Of a DNA stretch of 64,000 nucleotides, positions 49,559 to 59,576 are shown in pieces. Each line of letters starts with the position of its first letter. Position 1 is the first letter of the stretch. The stretch is from an uncultured Clostridia bacterium (GTDB lineage: Bacteria > Bacillota > Dehalobacteriia > UBA4068). The stretch spans positions 1,987 through 65,986 of the forward strand of contig CALYAP010000029.1 in the NCBI GenBank assembly GCA_944393575.1, given 5' to 3'. Made by a program: the position numbers and the translations under genes. Below the pieces are notes generated by a model. The model was not told the origin of the DNA. It saw nothing but the letters and a program-made list of their open reading frames with translations, and did no database searches.

Positions 49559-50233
49559 ATGCGATTATTATTAGCGGAAGATGAAAAAGAGCTCTCCGCT
49601 GCTCTGACAGCGGTTTTGGAGCATAACCATTATTCGGTCGATGCTGTCTATGACGGACAGGACGCTCTCGACTATGCTCTGACCGAAAACTATGACGGCA
49701 TTATCCTCGATATCATGATGCCTAAAAAGAGCGGATTGGAGGTTTTGGCTGAGCTGCGGCGCAGCAATATCAATACGCCGATTTTGATGCTCACTGCCAA
49801 ATCAGAGGTCAACGACCGGGTGACCGGACTGGATACCGGCGCTGACGATTATCTGACCAAGCCCTTTGCCATGAGCGAGCTGCTGGCGCGGATACGGGCA
49901 ATGACCCGTCGCCGCAGCGAGTTTTCTCCCAATGTCCTCTCCATGGGGCGGATCACCCTCAACCGGGCCAATTTTGAGCTCTCCGGCGAGAAGGCCTCTT
50001 ACCGCCTGGGTAATAAGGAATTTCAGATGCTGGAAATGCTGATGTCCAATCCCGGCCGCCTGATCTCCACCGAGCAGTTCATGGAGCGCATCTGGGGGTA
50101 TGATACCGAGGCCGAGGTCAGCGTGGTATGGGTTTATATCTCCTATCTGCGTAAAAAGCTGGCAGCTCTTGATGCCGGAGTAGAGATCCGCGCCACCCGC
50201 GGCGTAGGCTATAGTCTGGAGGAATGTCAATGA
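49559..50233 (+). CDS. OmpR-family response regulator
   Basis: LAEDE, LDIMMP, LTAK, GADDYLTKPF, VYISYLRKK, RGVGY. Confidence 0.95.
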   Translation: MRLLLAEDEKELSAALTAVLEHNHYSVDAVYDGQDALDYALTENYDGIILDIMMPKKSGLEVLAELRRSNINTPILMLTAKSEVNDRVTGLDTGADDYLTKPFAMSELLARIRAMTRRRSEFSPNVLSMGRITLNRANFELSGEKASYRLGNKEFQMLEMLMSNPGRLISTEQFMERIWGYDTEAEVSVVWVYISYLRKKLAALDAGVEIRATRGVGYSLEECQ

Positions 50234-51468
50234 TCCGCCGTTTGCAGCGTCAATTCGTGGCCATAGCCATGATCTCTTTGCTGTTTATCATCGTGGCGAT
50301 CGTCGGGGCTATCAATGGCTTTAACCTGCGCCAGATCAACAGCACTGCTGACGCTATCCTGGAGCTGCTGGCCAGAAACGGCGGTGTTTTTCCGGACGCC
50401 GATTCTTCCGGCCTGGTCTCTTCTCCTGACAGCGACCTGGTGCTGACCCCGGAGACCCGTTTTGAGACGCGTTATTTTGTGGTCTTTATCAGGGAAGATG
50501 GCGAGATCAGCGGCGTGCTTACTGATAATATCGCCTCTACCACTGTTGAGCAGGCCAGTGAATATGCCCAGCAGGTGCTCAATAGTGGTAAAACCTCCGG
50601 ATATCTGAAAAACTTCCGTTATCTGGTGACAGAGAGCGAAACGACCGGTCCGATGATCATTTTCCTTGACCGCCAGGTACAGCTGCGGTCTTTGGAGACG
50701 ATGATGCAGCTTTCCTTTACCATCGGCGTGATCGCCCTGCTGGTGATGTTCATTCTGGTCTACTATCTCTCGCGGCGGGCTATCCGCCCGGTGATCGAGA
50801 GCGTAGAGAAGCAAAAGCGCTTCATCACTGACGCGGGTCATGAGCTGAAGACGCCGCTGGCGATCATCTCCGCTGATACCGAGGTCTTGGAGATGAATGG
50901 TCAGAATAATGAGTGGACAGCCAGTATCCGTAATCAGATTAAAAGGCTCAATACTCTGGTGGCTGATCTGCTGACCCTCAGCAAGCTGGAAGAAGGACAG
51001 GCTCGCCAATCTTTCCGCGAGTTCTGCCTCAGTGACGCCGTGATGGAAGCTGCTGAGAGCTTCGACCCGATGGCTGAGGCTCAGGAAAAGCTGCTGGAAC
51101 TCAATATCACCCCGGGCATCAATTTGCGCGGTGATGAGACGGCAGTGCGCAAGATGGTCTCGGTGCTGGTGGAAAATGCCATCAAATATACTCTGCCGAA
51201 CGGTGAGGTCAATGTCACCCTGGAGCGGCGGGGCAAGTATCCCACCCTGGAAGTGGTCAATCCCACTGACGCCATGCCGGAGGGCGATCTCAATATCCTC
51301 TTTGAGCGCTTCTACCGGGCTGATGAATCGCGCGCCCGTGGCACCGGCGGCTATGGCGTGGGCCTGTCTATCGCCAAGGCTATTGCTGAGGAGCACCGGG
51401 CCAAAATCTCTGCCCATGCCCTGGATCAGCAGCATATCGCCTTTACTGTGGTCTTTGTCAAATCCTGA
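50230..51468 (+). CDS. Sensor histidine kinase
   Basis: Two TM segments, DAGHELKTPL, ENAIKY, FERFYR, GYGVGLSIA. Confidence 0.94.
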   Translation: MIRRLQRQFVAIAMISLLFIIVAIVGAINGFNLRQINSTADAILELLARNGGVFPDADSSGLVSSPDSDLVLTPETRFETRYFVVFIREDGEISGVLTDNIASTTVEQASEYAQQVLNSGKTSGYLKNFRYLVTESETTGPMIIFLDRQVQLRSLETMMQLSFTIGVIALLVMFILVYYLSRRAIRPVIESVEKQKRFITDAGHELKTPLAIISADTEVLEMNGQNNEWTASIRNQIKRLNTLVADLLTLSKLEEGQARQSFREFCLSDAVMEAAESFDPMAEAQEKLLELNITPGINLRGDETAVRKMVSVLVENAIKYTLPNGEVNVTLERRGKYPTLEVVNPTDAMPEGDLNILFERFYRADESRARGTGGYGVGLSIAKAIAEEHRAKISAHALDQQHIAFTVVFVKS

Positions 51469-51487
51469 ACTTGATCTTTTTCGGCAT

Positions 51488-51520
51488 AAAAAGCGGAAAG
51501 AGCTGCTCTTTCCGCTTTTC
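51488..51520 (+). terminator. Intrinsic terminator
   Basis: AAAAGCGGAAAGAG-CTG-CTCTTTCCGCTTTT. Confidence 0.75.
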
Positions 51521-51568
51521 TTGATTTGCTTTTTGGTATATACTAAAGGGAGACAAGGAAGTGATCCG

Positions 51569-52423
51569 ATGAAAACCGGTCTGGTACTTGAGGGCGGCGC
51601 GATCCGCACTATTTTTTCTTCCGGCGCCTGCGATGCCCTGTTGACGAGGGATATCATGTTCGATTATGTGGTCGGCGTTTCTGCCGGCATTGCTTATGGC
51701 GTTAGCTATCTTTCCCGCCAAAGCGGCAGAAACCTCACCATTCTCCAGCGCTATGTTAATGATAAGCGCTATATGGGAGGACGCAATCTGCTGCGTCCCG
51801 ATAACCGCTCCTATTTTGGGCTGGAATTTGCCTATGAGATCATCCCCAATGAGCTGGTGCCTTTTGATTATGAAGCCTTTGCCGCTTTTCCTGGGGAAGC
51901 GGAGGCGGTAGTGACTAATCTCAATACCGGTCAGGCGGAATATCTGCCTGTGCCCAAGCGCGACGACCATTGGCTGGTGCTGCAGGCCACCTGCGCGCTG
52001 CCTTTTCTTTTCCCCATCTATCATCTCAATGGCCAGCCTTATCTGGACGGCGGTATCGCCGACGGCATTCCCTATCAGCATGCCTTTGATAAGGGCTGCG
52101 ACCGGGTAGTGGTCTTTCTCACCCGCGAGCGTTCTTATGTCCGCCGGCCCAAGAAGCTGAGCTATCTTTTTGATGTCTTTTATCATCAATATCCTCAGCT
52201 CAAGGAAGTGATGCTGCGCCGCGCCGAGGGCTATAACGCCTGTAGGGAGCGCCTTTTTGCCCTGGAAAAAGAAGGAAAAGTGCTGATCGTTGAGCCGGAG
52301 GATACCCGCGGCTTTGCGTTGACTGAGCGCGATGTCGATAAAATCAATGCCCTCTATCAGGATGGCTATAATAAGACGCTGACCCGCCTGGATGAGATCA
52401 GCCGCTTCATGGCTGGCGAATAG
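51569..52423 (+). CDS. Patatin-like phospholipase
   Basis: LVLEGGA, GVSAG nucleophile elbow, DGG; start at 51569 (ORF-track start is over-extended). Confidence 0.9.
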   Translation: MKTGLVLEGGAIRTIFSSGACDALLTRDIMFDYVVGVSAGIAYGVSYLSRQSGRNLTILQRYVNDKRYMGGRNLLRPDNRSYFGLEFAYEIIPNELVPFDYEAFAAFPGEAEAVVTNLNTGQAEYLPVPKRDDHWLVLQATCALPFLFPIYHLNGQPYLDGGIADGIPYQHAFDKGCDRVVVFLTRERSYVRRPKKLSYLFDVFYHQYPQLKEVMLRRAEGYNACRERLFALEKEGKVLIVEPEDTRGFALTERDVDKINALYQDGYNKTLTRLDEISRFMAGE

Positions 52424-52455
52424 ATTGGACGAAACAACTATCATCACTTGCTAAA

Positions 52456-52489
52456 AAGACCGCCATACAGCAATAGTATGGCGGTCTTT
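52456..52489. terminator. Bidirectional terminator
   Basis: AAAGACCGCCATAC...GTATGGCGGTCTTT. Confidence 0.8.
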
Positions 52490-52547
52490 AGTATCGGTGT
52501 TATTTATTATCTGATTAAGGCCGTAAGGCCAAAGCAGCTTGCCGAGT

Positions 52548-52979
52548 TTATTTATTCTGTTCTTTGAGCAGGTCGCGGATCTCTGCCAGCAGCAGCTCCT
52601 CTTTAGATGGTTCCGGTGGCGGCGGGGGAGCAGCTTCTTCTTTTCTATGCAGGCGGTTGATCGCCTTGACAATCAGGAAGATGACAAAAGCCATGATTAG
52701 GAAATTGACCACTGCCTGAATGAAAAGGCCGATATTGATCACTGCTGGTTCAGCGCCGGCAAAAATGGCCGGGATGGTGAATGACCAGGTAGAGAAATCG
52801 ATACCGCCGATAAAGAGGCCGATAAACGGCATCAGCACATCATTGACCAGCGAATTGGTGATGGTGGCAAAAGCGCCGCCGATGATAACGCCGACAGCCA
52901 GGTCGATGACATTGCCCCGCATGACGAATTTTTTGAATTCTGCGCGGAAGCCCGCGCTTTTTTCTTTGATGCCCTTCAT
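52548..52979 (-). CDS. mscL: Large-conductance mechanosensitive channel
   Basis: EFKKFVMRGNVIDLAVGVIIG, LLAEIRDLL. Confidence 0.96.
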   Translation of the reverse strand: MKGIKEKSAGFRAEFKKFVMRGNVIDLAVGVIIGGAFATITNSLVNDVLMPFIGLFIGGIDFSTWSFTIPAIFAGAEPAVINIGLFIQAVVNFLIMAFVIFLIVKAINRLHRKEEAAPPPPPEPSKEELLLAEIRDLLKEQNK

Positions 52980-53596
52980 TTATCCTCCTGCTCTTTTATT
53001 TCCTGGCGGCCGTTGATCGCCAGCGCCAGAGTGGCCTCATCAGCATAGGCCAGATTGCCGCCTACCGGCATACCGTGAGCGATACGGCTGATCTTGATAC
53101 CCAGAGGACGGATCTTTTTGGCCAGATAGAGCGCTGTGGCTTCTCCCTCTACTGTGGGGTTGGTGGCCATGATGATCTCCTTGATGCTGCCGCTGCGCAG
53201 ACGCTCGCCCAGACTTTTCAGGTTGAGCCGTTCCGGACCGATCCCGTCCATCGGCGAGATGGCGCCGCCCAACACATGGTAGACGCCGTTATAACTGTGC
53301 GCCCGCTCCATCGAGATGATATCCGCTACGCTTTCAACAATGCATAGCAGGCTCGCATCACGCGTGCGGTCAGTGCAGATCGAACAGCGGTCAGCATCGG
53401 TGAAATTACCGCAAACCGGACAGCTATGCACCAGGCTCCTGGCTTCGGTCAGAGCTTCCGCCAGCTCACTGGCGCTGTCCTCCGGAGAGGTCATCAGGTA
53501 GAAAGCCAGCCTTTGCGCTGCTTTAGGCCCCAGCCCGGGCAGACGGGAAAGCTCGTTGATCAGTCTTTGCAGCGGAGCAGGGTATTGGTAAGCCAT
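52976..53596 (-). CDS. recR: Recombination mediator RecR
   Basis: LPGLGPK.AQR, C4 zinc finger, YHVLGG.ISP, NPTVEGEATA. Confidence 0.97.
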   Translation of the reverse strand: MAYQYPAPLQRLINELSRLPGLGPKAAQRLAFYLMTSPEDSASELAEALTEARSLVHSCPVCGNFTDADRCSICTDRTRDASLLCIVESVADIISMERAHSYNGVYHVLGGAISPMDGIGPERLNLKSLGERLRSGSIKEIIMATNPTVEGEATALYLAKKIRPLGIKISRIAHGMPVGGNLAYADEATLALAINGRQEIKEQEDK

Positions 53597-53608
53597 TGCT
53601 GCCTCCGC

Positions 53609-53926
53609 TTAAAACATACCGCCGGGCAGGCCCATACCGCCGGTGACTGCACCCATCTTCTCGGCAGAAAGAGCAGCCGCAGCTGCCAAAGCATCCTTGA
53701 CTGCAGCCAAGACCATATCTTCCAGCATTTCGGCATCATCAGGATCGATGATCTCCGGATCGATAGAGATGGACAGGATCTCCGAGCTGCCATTGGCCAC
53801 TACCTTGACCATGCCGCCGCCGGAGACTCCCTCTACCTCGGTATTACGCAGCTCTTCCTGGACTCGTGCCATATCCTGCTGCATTTTCTGCGCCTGTTTC
53901 ATCAGTTTTTGCATATTGAATCCCAT
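53609..53926 (-). CDS. ybaB: YbaB/EbfC nucleoid-associated protein
   Basis: MKQAQKMQ, SGGGMVKV, DPDDAEMLEDMV; between dnaX and recR. Confidence 0.95.
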   Translation of the reverse strand: MGFNMQKLMKQAQKMQQDMARVQEELRNTEVEGVSGGGMVKVVANGSSEILSISIDPEIIDPDDAEMLEDMVLAAVKDALAAAAALSAEKMGAVTGGMGLPGGMF

Positions 53927-54075
53927 GCTTGTTCCTCCGTTTTTCTTTATTATTATCCTTATCAGTTATTTTACTAGTACCAGTTGAGGCTAGCCATCTG
54001 ATGATAGTCTTGTTTTCTGTTTCTGCGTCCGGCGGCAAGAATCCTTTTTCGCCGCGGTGGTCCGCCAGCATGGCG

Positions 54076-55818
54076 CTAAAAAAGGCTGTCCTGCTTAAGC
54101 TCGGCCGGTTGTTCCTCCTCCGCTGGCGCTTCAGTTGCTGCTGGTTCTTCTTCCTGCTGCGGGGCATAGAAATCGCCGATCTGTCCGCGCAGGCGGGGAC
54201 GGCAGCCGCAAACGCTTTCGATCGCGGCAATAACGACGTCCTTCTGCTGCTGATTGCCATGGATATAGCGGTAATCATCGCTGCGGTCAGCGGGGAACTG
54301 CAGCAGCAATTCGCCTTCATCGGTGACTGCGGGGTGGCAGTTCTCGATGCGGAAAAAGGTGCTGGGGTTGAGATTTTCGATCGCCGTCAGCACCAGCTCC
54401 CACTGGCTGACTACCTGTTCCGCCATTGCTGTTGCGGATGCGGCGGCAGCTTTGCCTTCATTTGCCGCTGGCTTTTGCGGTGCGTCATTAGCAGTTATCC
54501 GTTGCTGGGGCTGTGGCTCCGCCGGGGAGCTGTTCACCGGCTCTGTTGGTGTTTGCGGCTGCACCTGGGGCTTAGAGTCTGTATTTGACGGCGAGGGAGC
54601 AGCTTTTGCTGCCCGCTTGGCTGCTGATGGTTGATTGATTGATCTGGAGCCGGTGCTCCTGGCAGCGGGTGCCGCTGTTGGCGCCGCCGCTGCTCTTGAT
54701 GCAGCAGTTGGTTGGCCGCCATTGCCCGGTATTGTCGCAGCTGCCTGCTGGGCCGAGGAGCTGTGTGGCTCCGGCGGCGCGTTGAGCGCGCAGGCGCGGA
54801 TCATGGCCAGTTCCAGAGTGATGCGCGGGGAAGCGGCGGTCCGCAGCTTGTTGTCTGCATCAGTCAGCGAGGTCAGCAGATCCAGATAAGCCTGGGCCGG
54901 ATAGGGAGAGGACTGGTTGTCCGCCAGCTTAGCCAATAGTTCATCCCGCAGCTCTTCGCAGAGATCGGCCACTGCCTGGCGCAGATCCTTGCCGGAGCTG
55001 ACCAGCTCCTCTACTGCCAGCAGTGCGGAGGGGATATCATGTTCCAGCAGCTGCTGTGCCAGCGCGCTGATGAAACTGTGATCGACGATGCCGAGAATCG
55101 CCGTTACCGTATCAGTAGAGATCGGCCCTTCACTGGCAGCGGCGCATTGGTCGAGCAAGCTGACTGCATCGCGCATACCGCCATCAGCCTTGCGGGCAAT
55201 CAGCGCTGCGGCGTCAGCCGCGATCTCGATCTGTTCCTGCTGGGCGATGTAGAGCAGATGTTCTTTGATCTCCTCATCGCTGATGCGGCGGAAATCAAAG
55301 CGCTGGCAGCGCGAGAGAACAGTCATCGGCAGCTTATGCGGCGCTGTGGTGGCGAAGATAAAAATCACATGAGCCGGCGGCTCCTCCAGGGTTTTGAGGA
55401 TAGCATTGAAAGCGTCATTGGTCAGCATATGCACTTCGTCGATGATATAGATCTTATAGCGTTCCTGGGCCGGAGCGTATTTGACCCGCTCGCGCAGATC
55501 ACGGATCTCATCGATGCCGCGGTTGGAAGCGCCGTCGATCTCGATGATATCCATGCTCTCGCCATGCAGTGAGCGCTGGCAGGCGGCGCAGCTATTGCAG
55601 GGATTGCCGTCCTCGCGGGGAGAGAGGCAGTTGATGGCCCGCGCCAGGATACGCGCGGTGGAAGTCTTGCCGGTGCCGCGTGGTCCGCAGAAAAGATAAG
55701 CGTGGACAAAGCTCCCCCGGCGGATAGCGGTGGAGAGCACCTTGGCGATATGAGGTTGGCCGACCAGAGCTGAAAAATCATCGGGCCGGTAACGGCGATA
55801 GAGTGCGGTATAAGACAT
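54076..55818 (-). CDS. dnaX: DNA polymerase III subunit gamma/tau
   Basis: ALYRRYRP, GPRGTGKT, IIDEVHML, LKTLEEPP, SRC; Ala/Pro-rich linker. Confidence 0.96.
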   Translation of the reverse strand: MSYTALYRRYRPDDFSALVGQPHIAKVLSTAIRRGSFVHAYLFCGPRGTGKTSTARILARAINCLSPREDGNPCNSCAACQRSLHGESMDIIEIDGASNRGIDEIRDLRERVKYAPAQERYKIYIIDEVHMLTNDAFNAILKTLEEPPAHVIFIFATTAPHKLPMTVLSRCQRFDFRRISDEEIKEHLLYIAQQEQIEIAADAAALIARKADGGMRDAVSLLDQCAAASEGPISTDTVTAILGIVDHSFISALAQQLLEHDIPSALLAVEELVSSGKDLRQAVADLCEELRDELLAKLADNQSSPYPAQAYLDLLTSLTDADNKLRTAASPRITLELAMIRACALNAPPEPHSSSAQQAAATIPGNGGQPTAASRAAAAPTAAPAARSTGSRSINQPSAAKRAAKAAPSPSNTDSKPQVQPQTPTEPVNSSPAEPQPQQRITANDAPQKPAANEGKAAAASATAMAEQVVSQWELVLTAIENLNPSTFFRIENCHPAVTDEGELLLQFPADRSDDYRYIHGNQQQKDVVIAAIESVCGCRPRLRGQIGDFYAPQQEEEPAATEAPAEEEQPAELKQDSLF

Positions 55819-55972
55819 AATGGCTCCTGACTGTTTCTTCCCCGCTCAACGATAGCTGCTGTCCAGTGAAAGCAGCGGGCTTTTTCGTACTTTATGTGCA
55901 GAAAATAGCATATCCACCGCTCCTGAGCAATAAGTATGGAGTATCAACAACTTCGCGGTGAGGAGAGAAACC

Positions 55973-56230
55973 ATGGCTATTTGGCAATATTTATTGATTC
56001 TGGCAGGGGGACTGTTACTTGTGTTCGCAGCCTGCATGCTGCCTGGACGTTTTTTCCGTATTTTCGGCACAGTCGCTATCAATGCCGCCAGCGGGTTGGC
56101 GCTGCTCTTTGCGCTCAATCTGATCTTCGGCGAGACTTTTACTTTGCCGCTTAATGCCCTGACCTTGGGCGTCTCCGGAGTTTTGGGCGTGCCGGGAATG
56201 GCAACTCTGGCGGTGATTGCCGCTATTTGA
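55973..56230 (+). CDS. bofA: Pro-sigmaK processing inhibitor BofA family protein
   Basis: Small TM protein with PLNALT..VSGVLGVPG motif; next to the dnaX-recR cluster; RBS GAGGAG. Confidence 0.78.
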   Translation: MAIWQYLLILAGGLLLVFAACMLPGRFFRIFGTVAINAASGLALLFALNLIFGETFTLPLNALTLGVSGVLGVPGMATLAVIAAI

Positions 56231-56352
56231 GTGCTGCTGTCCCAGGGGTTACCCCTAGCGGCTGTACGGATAAGTGGTTTTAACTGTTTTTTGCCAGTAT
56301 TCTGGCTGCTAGCATGCCCTACAGCAGCGGAATGTAGCGCTGTCTTGACTGC

Positions 56353-57273
56353 TTATGGCGTAGCCTGTCCTGTCAAGGCTTGCCTTGGCTCAATGCCGAG
56401 AAAGGCGGCGATCCGCGCTATTGCTTTGGCCGATTCAGCGGTGGGATAGAGTACATAGGCATGCCACATATATTCCTCTATCAACAGTTCTGCTTCACAG
56501 CCGTCCTGAGAAAGCTTGTTCGCCAACAGCTTGGCATCGTCCAGCAACAGCTCGTCGCCGCCGCAGATGATCAGCGAACGCGGAGTGCCGGAGAGCTGAC
56601 CATAGAGCGGTGAGACTAGCGGGTCTTCAAGATGTCCCGCAGCATACATTGCCGCGTCTTCATGCAGTTTTTGCTCATTGAGCGAGGGGTCGCGGCTTTG
56701 GTTCTGCTGATAGGATGCGCCGCGCATCAGCAGGTCTACCCAGGGCGAGAGCGCGATGATCGCTTTTGGTTGGGCCATTCCTTTCTGCCGCAGCAGCAGC
56801 GAGAGCGCGTAGAGCAGTCCGCCGCCGGCAGATTCGCCGATCAAGGTGATCTCCTCCGGCGCATAGCCCATTTGCAGCAGCTGCTGATACCCGGCCAGAG
56901 CATCGTCCAGCGCAGCCGGAAAGGGGTTCTCCGGCGCCAGGCGGTAGGCTAAGCAGAAAACGTCAAGATGCAGTTTGCTAGCTAGGCGGCGGCCCATTCC
57001 CTGGGCATAATTGAGGCCCCCGGCAGTATAAGCGCCGCCATGCAGATAGAAGAGGATCTGCCGCTGGTCAGCATTAGCTTTAACGCGGATCAGCGCAGCA
57101 GAGCAATGCTCCAGCTGCTGTGGGGTGGCAGCGACCCGCCGTCCCGCCAGCCAGGAGGCGATGCGGCCCAGCTGGTTTTGGGTTTTACGCGTTGTTGCGA
57201 TATTCTTTTGCTTAAGCCTGGGGGTGACCACAGCGAGAACTTTTTTGATCAGGATAGCAGACAGACTGGGCAT
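56353..57273 (-). CDS. Alpha/beta hydrolase (HSL-family esterase)
   Basis: HGGAY, YRLAPE.PFPA, GESAGG, D and H of the catalytic triad (ELLLDD, MWH). Confidence 0.9.
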   Translation of the reverse strand: MPSLSAILIKKVLAVVTPRLKQKNIATTRKTQNQLGRIASWLAGRRVAATPQQLEHCSAALIRVKANADQRQILFYLHGGAYTAGGLNYAQGMGRRLASKLHLDVFCLAYRLAPENPFPAALDDALAGYQQLLQMGYAPEEITLIGESAGGGLLYALSLLLRQKGMAQPKAIIALSPWVDLLMRGASYQQNQSRDPSLNEQKLHEDAAMYAAGHLEDPLVSPLYGQLSGTPRSLIICGGDELLLDDAKLLANKLSQDGCEAELLIEEYMWHAYVLYPTAESAKAIARIAAFLGIEPRQALTGQATP

Positions 57274-57291
57274 AGGTACTCCTTGGCCGCT

Positions 57292-58536
57292 CTAACGGAT
57301 CTGTCCGTTGCCATAGATGCGGTATTTGGTCGAGGTCAGCTCACGCAGACCCAGCGGGCCGCGCGCATGCAGCTTCTGGGTGGAGATGCCGATCTCCGCC
57401 CCCAGGCCGAATTCGCCGCCATCAGTAAAGCGGGTAGAAGCATTCCAATAGACAGCGGCCGCATCTACCTCATTGAGAAAACGCTGGGCTTCCTCAGCAT
57501 CATTGGTAACGATGCATTCGCTGTGCATGGTGCCGTAACGACGAATGAAATCCATCGCCTCATCAACATCGGCCACGATATGGGCGGCGATGATATAGTC
57601 GTTATATTCTTTGCCCCAGTCTTCTTCAGTAGCTGGTACTGCCTGAGGCAGGATCGCGCAGACTTCCTTGTCACCACGGATCTCCACTTGCTTTTCAGTC
57701 AGGCGCGCAGCGATGCGGGGCAAAAAGGCGGGAGCGATATCGCGCTGGATCAGCATGCATTCACAGGCATTGCAGACCGAAGGACGCGAGGTTTTGGCAT
57801 TGTTGATGATCTCCTCGGCCATCGCCAGATCAGCGCTTTTGGCCACATAGGTGTGGCAGGTACCGGCTCCGGTCTCGATCACCGGCACTGTGGAATTAGC
57901 CACTACCGATTGAATCAGTCCGCGGCCGCCGCGGGGAATCAGCAGATCGATGTAGCCGTTGAGGCGCATCATCTGATTGGCTGTCTCGCGGTCGGTATCT
58001 TCCACCAGGCAGACGCAGTCCGCCGGCAGACCCGCCGCAGCGATAGCAGCGCGCATAGTATCGGCAATCGCCTTATTGGAGCGGATCGCTTCCTTGCCGC
58101 CGCGCAGGATCACTGCATTGCCGCTTTTAAGGCACAGCGCCGCTGAGTCAGCTGTGACATTGGGACGGGCCTCATAGATGACGCCGATCACACCCACCGG
58201 CACTGAGATTTTCTCGATCTTCAAGCCATTGGGACGGAGGATCGTCTCCAGTATCCTGCCCAGCGGATCAGGCAGGGCGATCACCTCACGCACGCTTTTG
58301 GCAATGCCGCTGATGCGTTCTTCAGTCAAGGTCAAGCGGTCCAGCAGCGCTTCGCTCAGTCCTGCCTGGCGTCCGGCAATCAGATCTGCGGCATTTTCCG
58401 CGATGATCGTCTCTGCTTGTTCTTCCAGGGCAGCGGCGATCGCCTCCAGGGCGGCATTTCGCAGCGTCTCTGGGCTGGTAGCTAGTTTCCGTGATGCTTC
58501 TTTGGCTCTTTGGCCAAGAGTGATAAGGTCTGTCAT
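57292..58536 (-). CDS. proA: Gamma-glutamyl phosphate reductase
   Basis: IYEARPNVT, IPRGG, PSVCNA, NASTRFTDGGEFG.GAEIGISTQKLHARGP. Confidence 0.97.
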   Translation of the reverse strand: MTDLITLGQRAKEASRKLATSPETLRNAALEAIAAALEEQAETIIAENAADLIAGRQAGLSEALLDRLTLTEERISGIAKSVREVIALPDPLGRILETILRPNGLKIEKISVPVGVIGVIYEARPNVTADSAALCLKSGNAVILRGGKEAIRSNKAIADTMRAAIAAAGLPADCVCLVEDTDRETANQMMRLNGYIDLLIPRGGRGLIQSVVANSTVPVIETGAGTCHTYVAKSADLAMAEEIINNAKTSRPSVCNACECMLIQRDIAPAFLPRIAARLTEKQVEIRGDKEVCAILPQAVPATEEDWGKEYNDYIIAAHIVADVDEAMDFIRRYGTMHSECIVTNDAEEAQRFLNEVDAAAVYWNASTRFTDGGEFGLGAEIGISTQKLHARGPLGLRELTSTKYRIYGNGQIR

Positions 58537-59318
58537 GGTTTCACCGCCTTGAAATAGGTTCCTATTGGTTCATTATCAAGAATTTTATAGATATTAGCCG
58601 CTGGAGTACCGTTGATAATATAGGTATCAATCCCGGACTCAGTGGCGATACGGGCTGCATGGAGTTTGGTGACCATTCCACCGGTGCCCAGATGCGTACC
58701 AGCGCCACCGGCATGGCTTTCCATCTCATCGGTTATCTGTTCCACCGAGGTGATCAGATGTGCTTGGGGGTTGACGGCCGGGTTGTCGTCAAACAGCCCG
58801 TCGATATCGGTAAGAATAATCAGCGTATCTGCACCTACCAGCTTGGCAACAATGGCAGAAAGACAGTCATTATCACCGTAGACGATCTCCTCCACAGCTA
58901 CGCAGTCGTTTTCATTGACGATTGGCACCACATTGAGTTCAAAAAGCTTGGCAAAGGCATTGATCAGGTTGTGCCGGCGTTCATCATCGTCAACATCGCT
59001 TTTGGTGATCAGCAGCTGCCCCACAGGGTAGCCATATTCGCTGAACATGCGGTCATACATGGTCATCAGCTCGCATTGTCCGACAGTAGCTGCTGCCTGA
59101 CGGCTGAGCGTATCGCTGGGACGTCCTTTCATTCCCAGCTTGCCTGCGCCGACGCCGATAGCGCCGGAGGTGACCAAAACGGTCTCGATGCCGGAATTCA
59201 TCAGGTCGGACAGCACCTTCACTAGCTCTGACATATGGCGCAGATTGCTTTTGCCATTGGCATAGGTGAGCGTCGAGGTGCCGACTTTAACCACGATGCG
59301 GCGTTTTTGTTGCGACAT
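58533..59318 (-). CDS. proB: Glutamate 5-kinase (no PUA domain)
   Basis: VVKVGTS, SGA, NEND, GDND.LSA, GTGGM.TK; start at 59318 after RBS GAGGAG. Confidence 0.96.
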   Translation of the reverse strand: MSQQKRRIVVKVGTSTLTYANGKSNLRHMSELVKVLSDLMNSGIETVLVTSGAIGVGAGKLGMKGRPSDTLSRQAAATVGQCELMTMYDRMFSEYGYPVGQLLITKSDVDDDERRHNLINAFAKLFELNVVPIVNENDCVAVEEIVYGDNDCLSAIVAKLVGADTLIILTDIDGLFDDNPAVNPQAHLITSVEQITDEMESHAGGAGTHLGTGGMVTKLHAARIATESGIDTYIINGTPAANIYKILDNEPIGTYFKAVKP

Positions 59319-59524
59319 GAATATCCTCCTCATTGTCTCGATGCATTTATCGTTTAATTTTACCATAAAAAAGCACAAATGACAACAGAACAGCGGCTCT
59401 GATCGCCGTTTTCGCAGGGATTATTGTTTTTTTGCGCTGGATCGCCATGGCTGGTAAAAGCACTGTCCGCGCCTGTTGCTCCACAGGATTTAAAATGAGG
59501 AAAAACGATTATATATTTTTAGGA

Positions 59525-59553
59525 TAGACAAAAAGGGCAAGTGGTATTATAAT
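59525..59553 (+). promoter_or_regulatory. Sigma-A promoter upstream of PFOR
   Basis: TAGACA-17-TATAAT. Confidence 0.7.
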
Positions 59554-59576
59554 AGAGTGGTCTATTTATCGCTTAG

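Noticed and set aside
55905-55940. Sigma-E promoter for bofA (GCATAT...AATAAGTAT)
   Set aside because: Plausible by analogy but too degenerate to call from sequence alone
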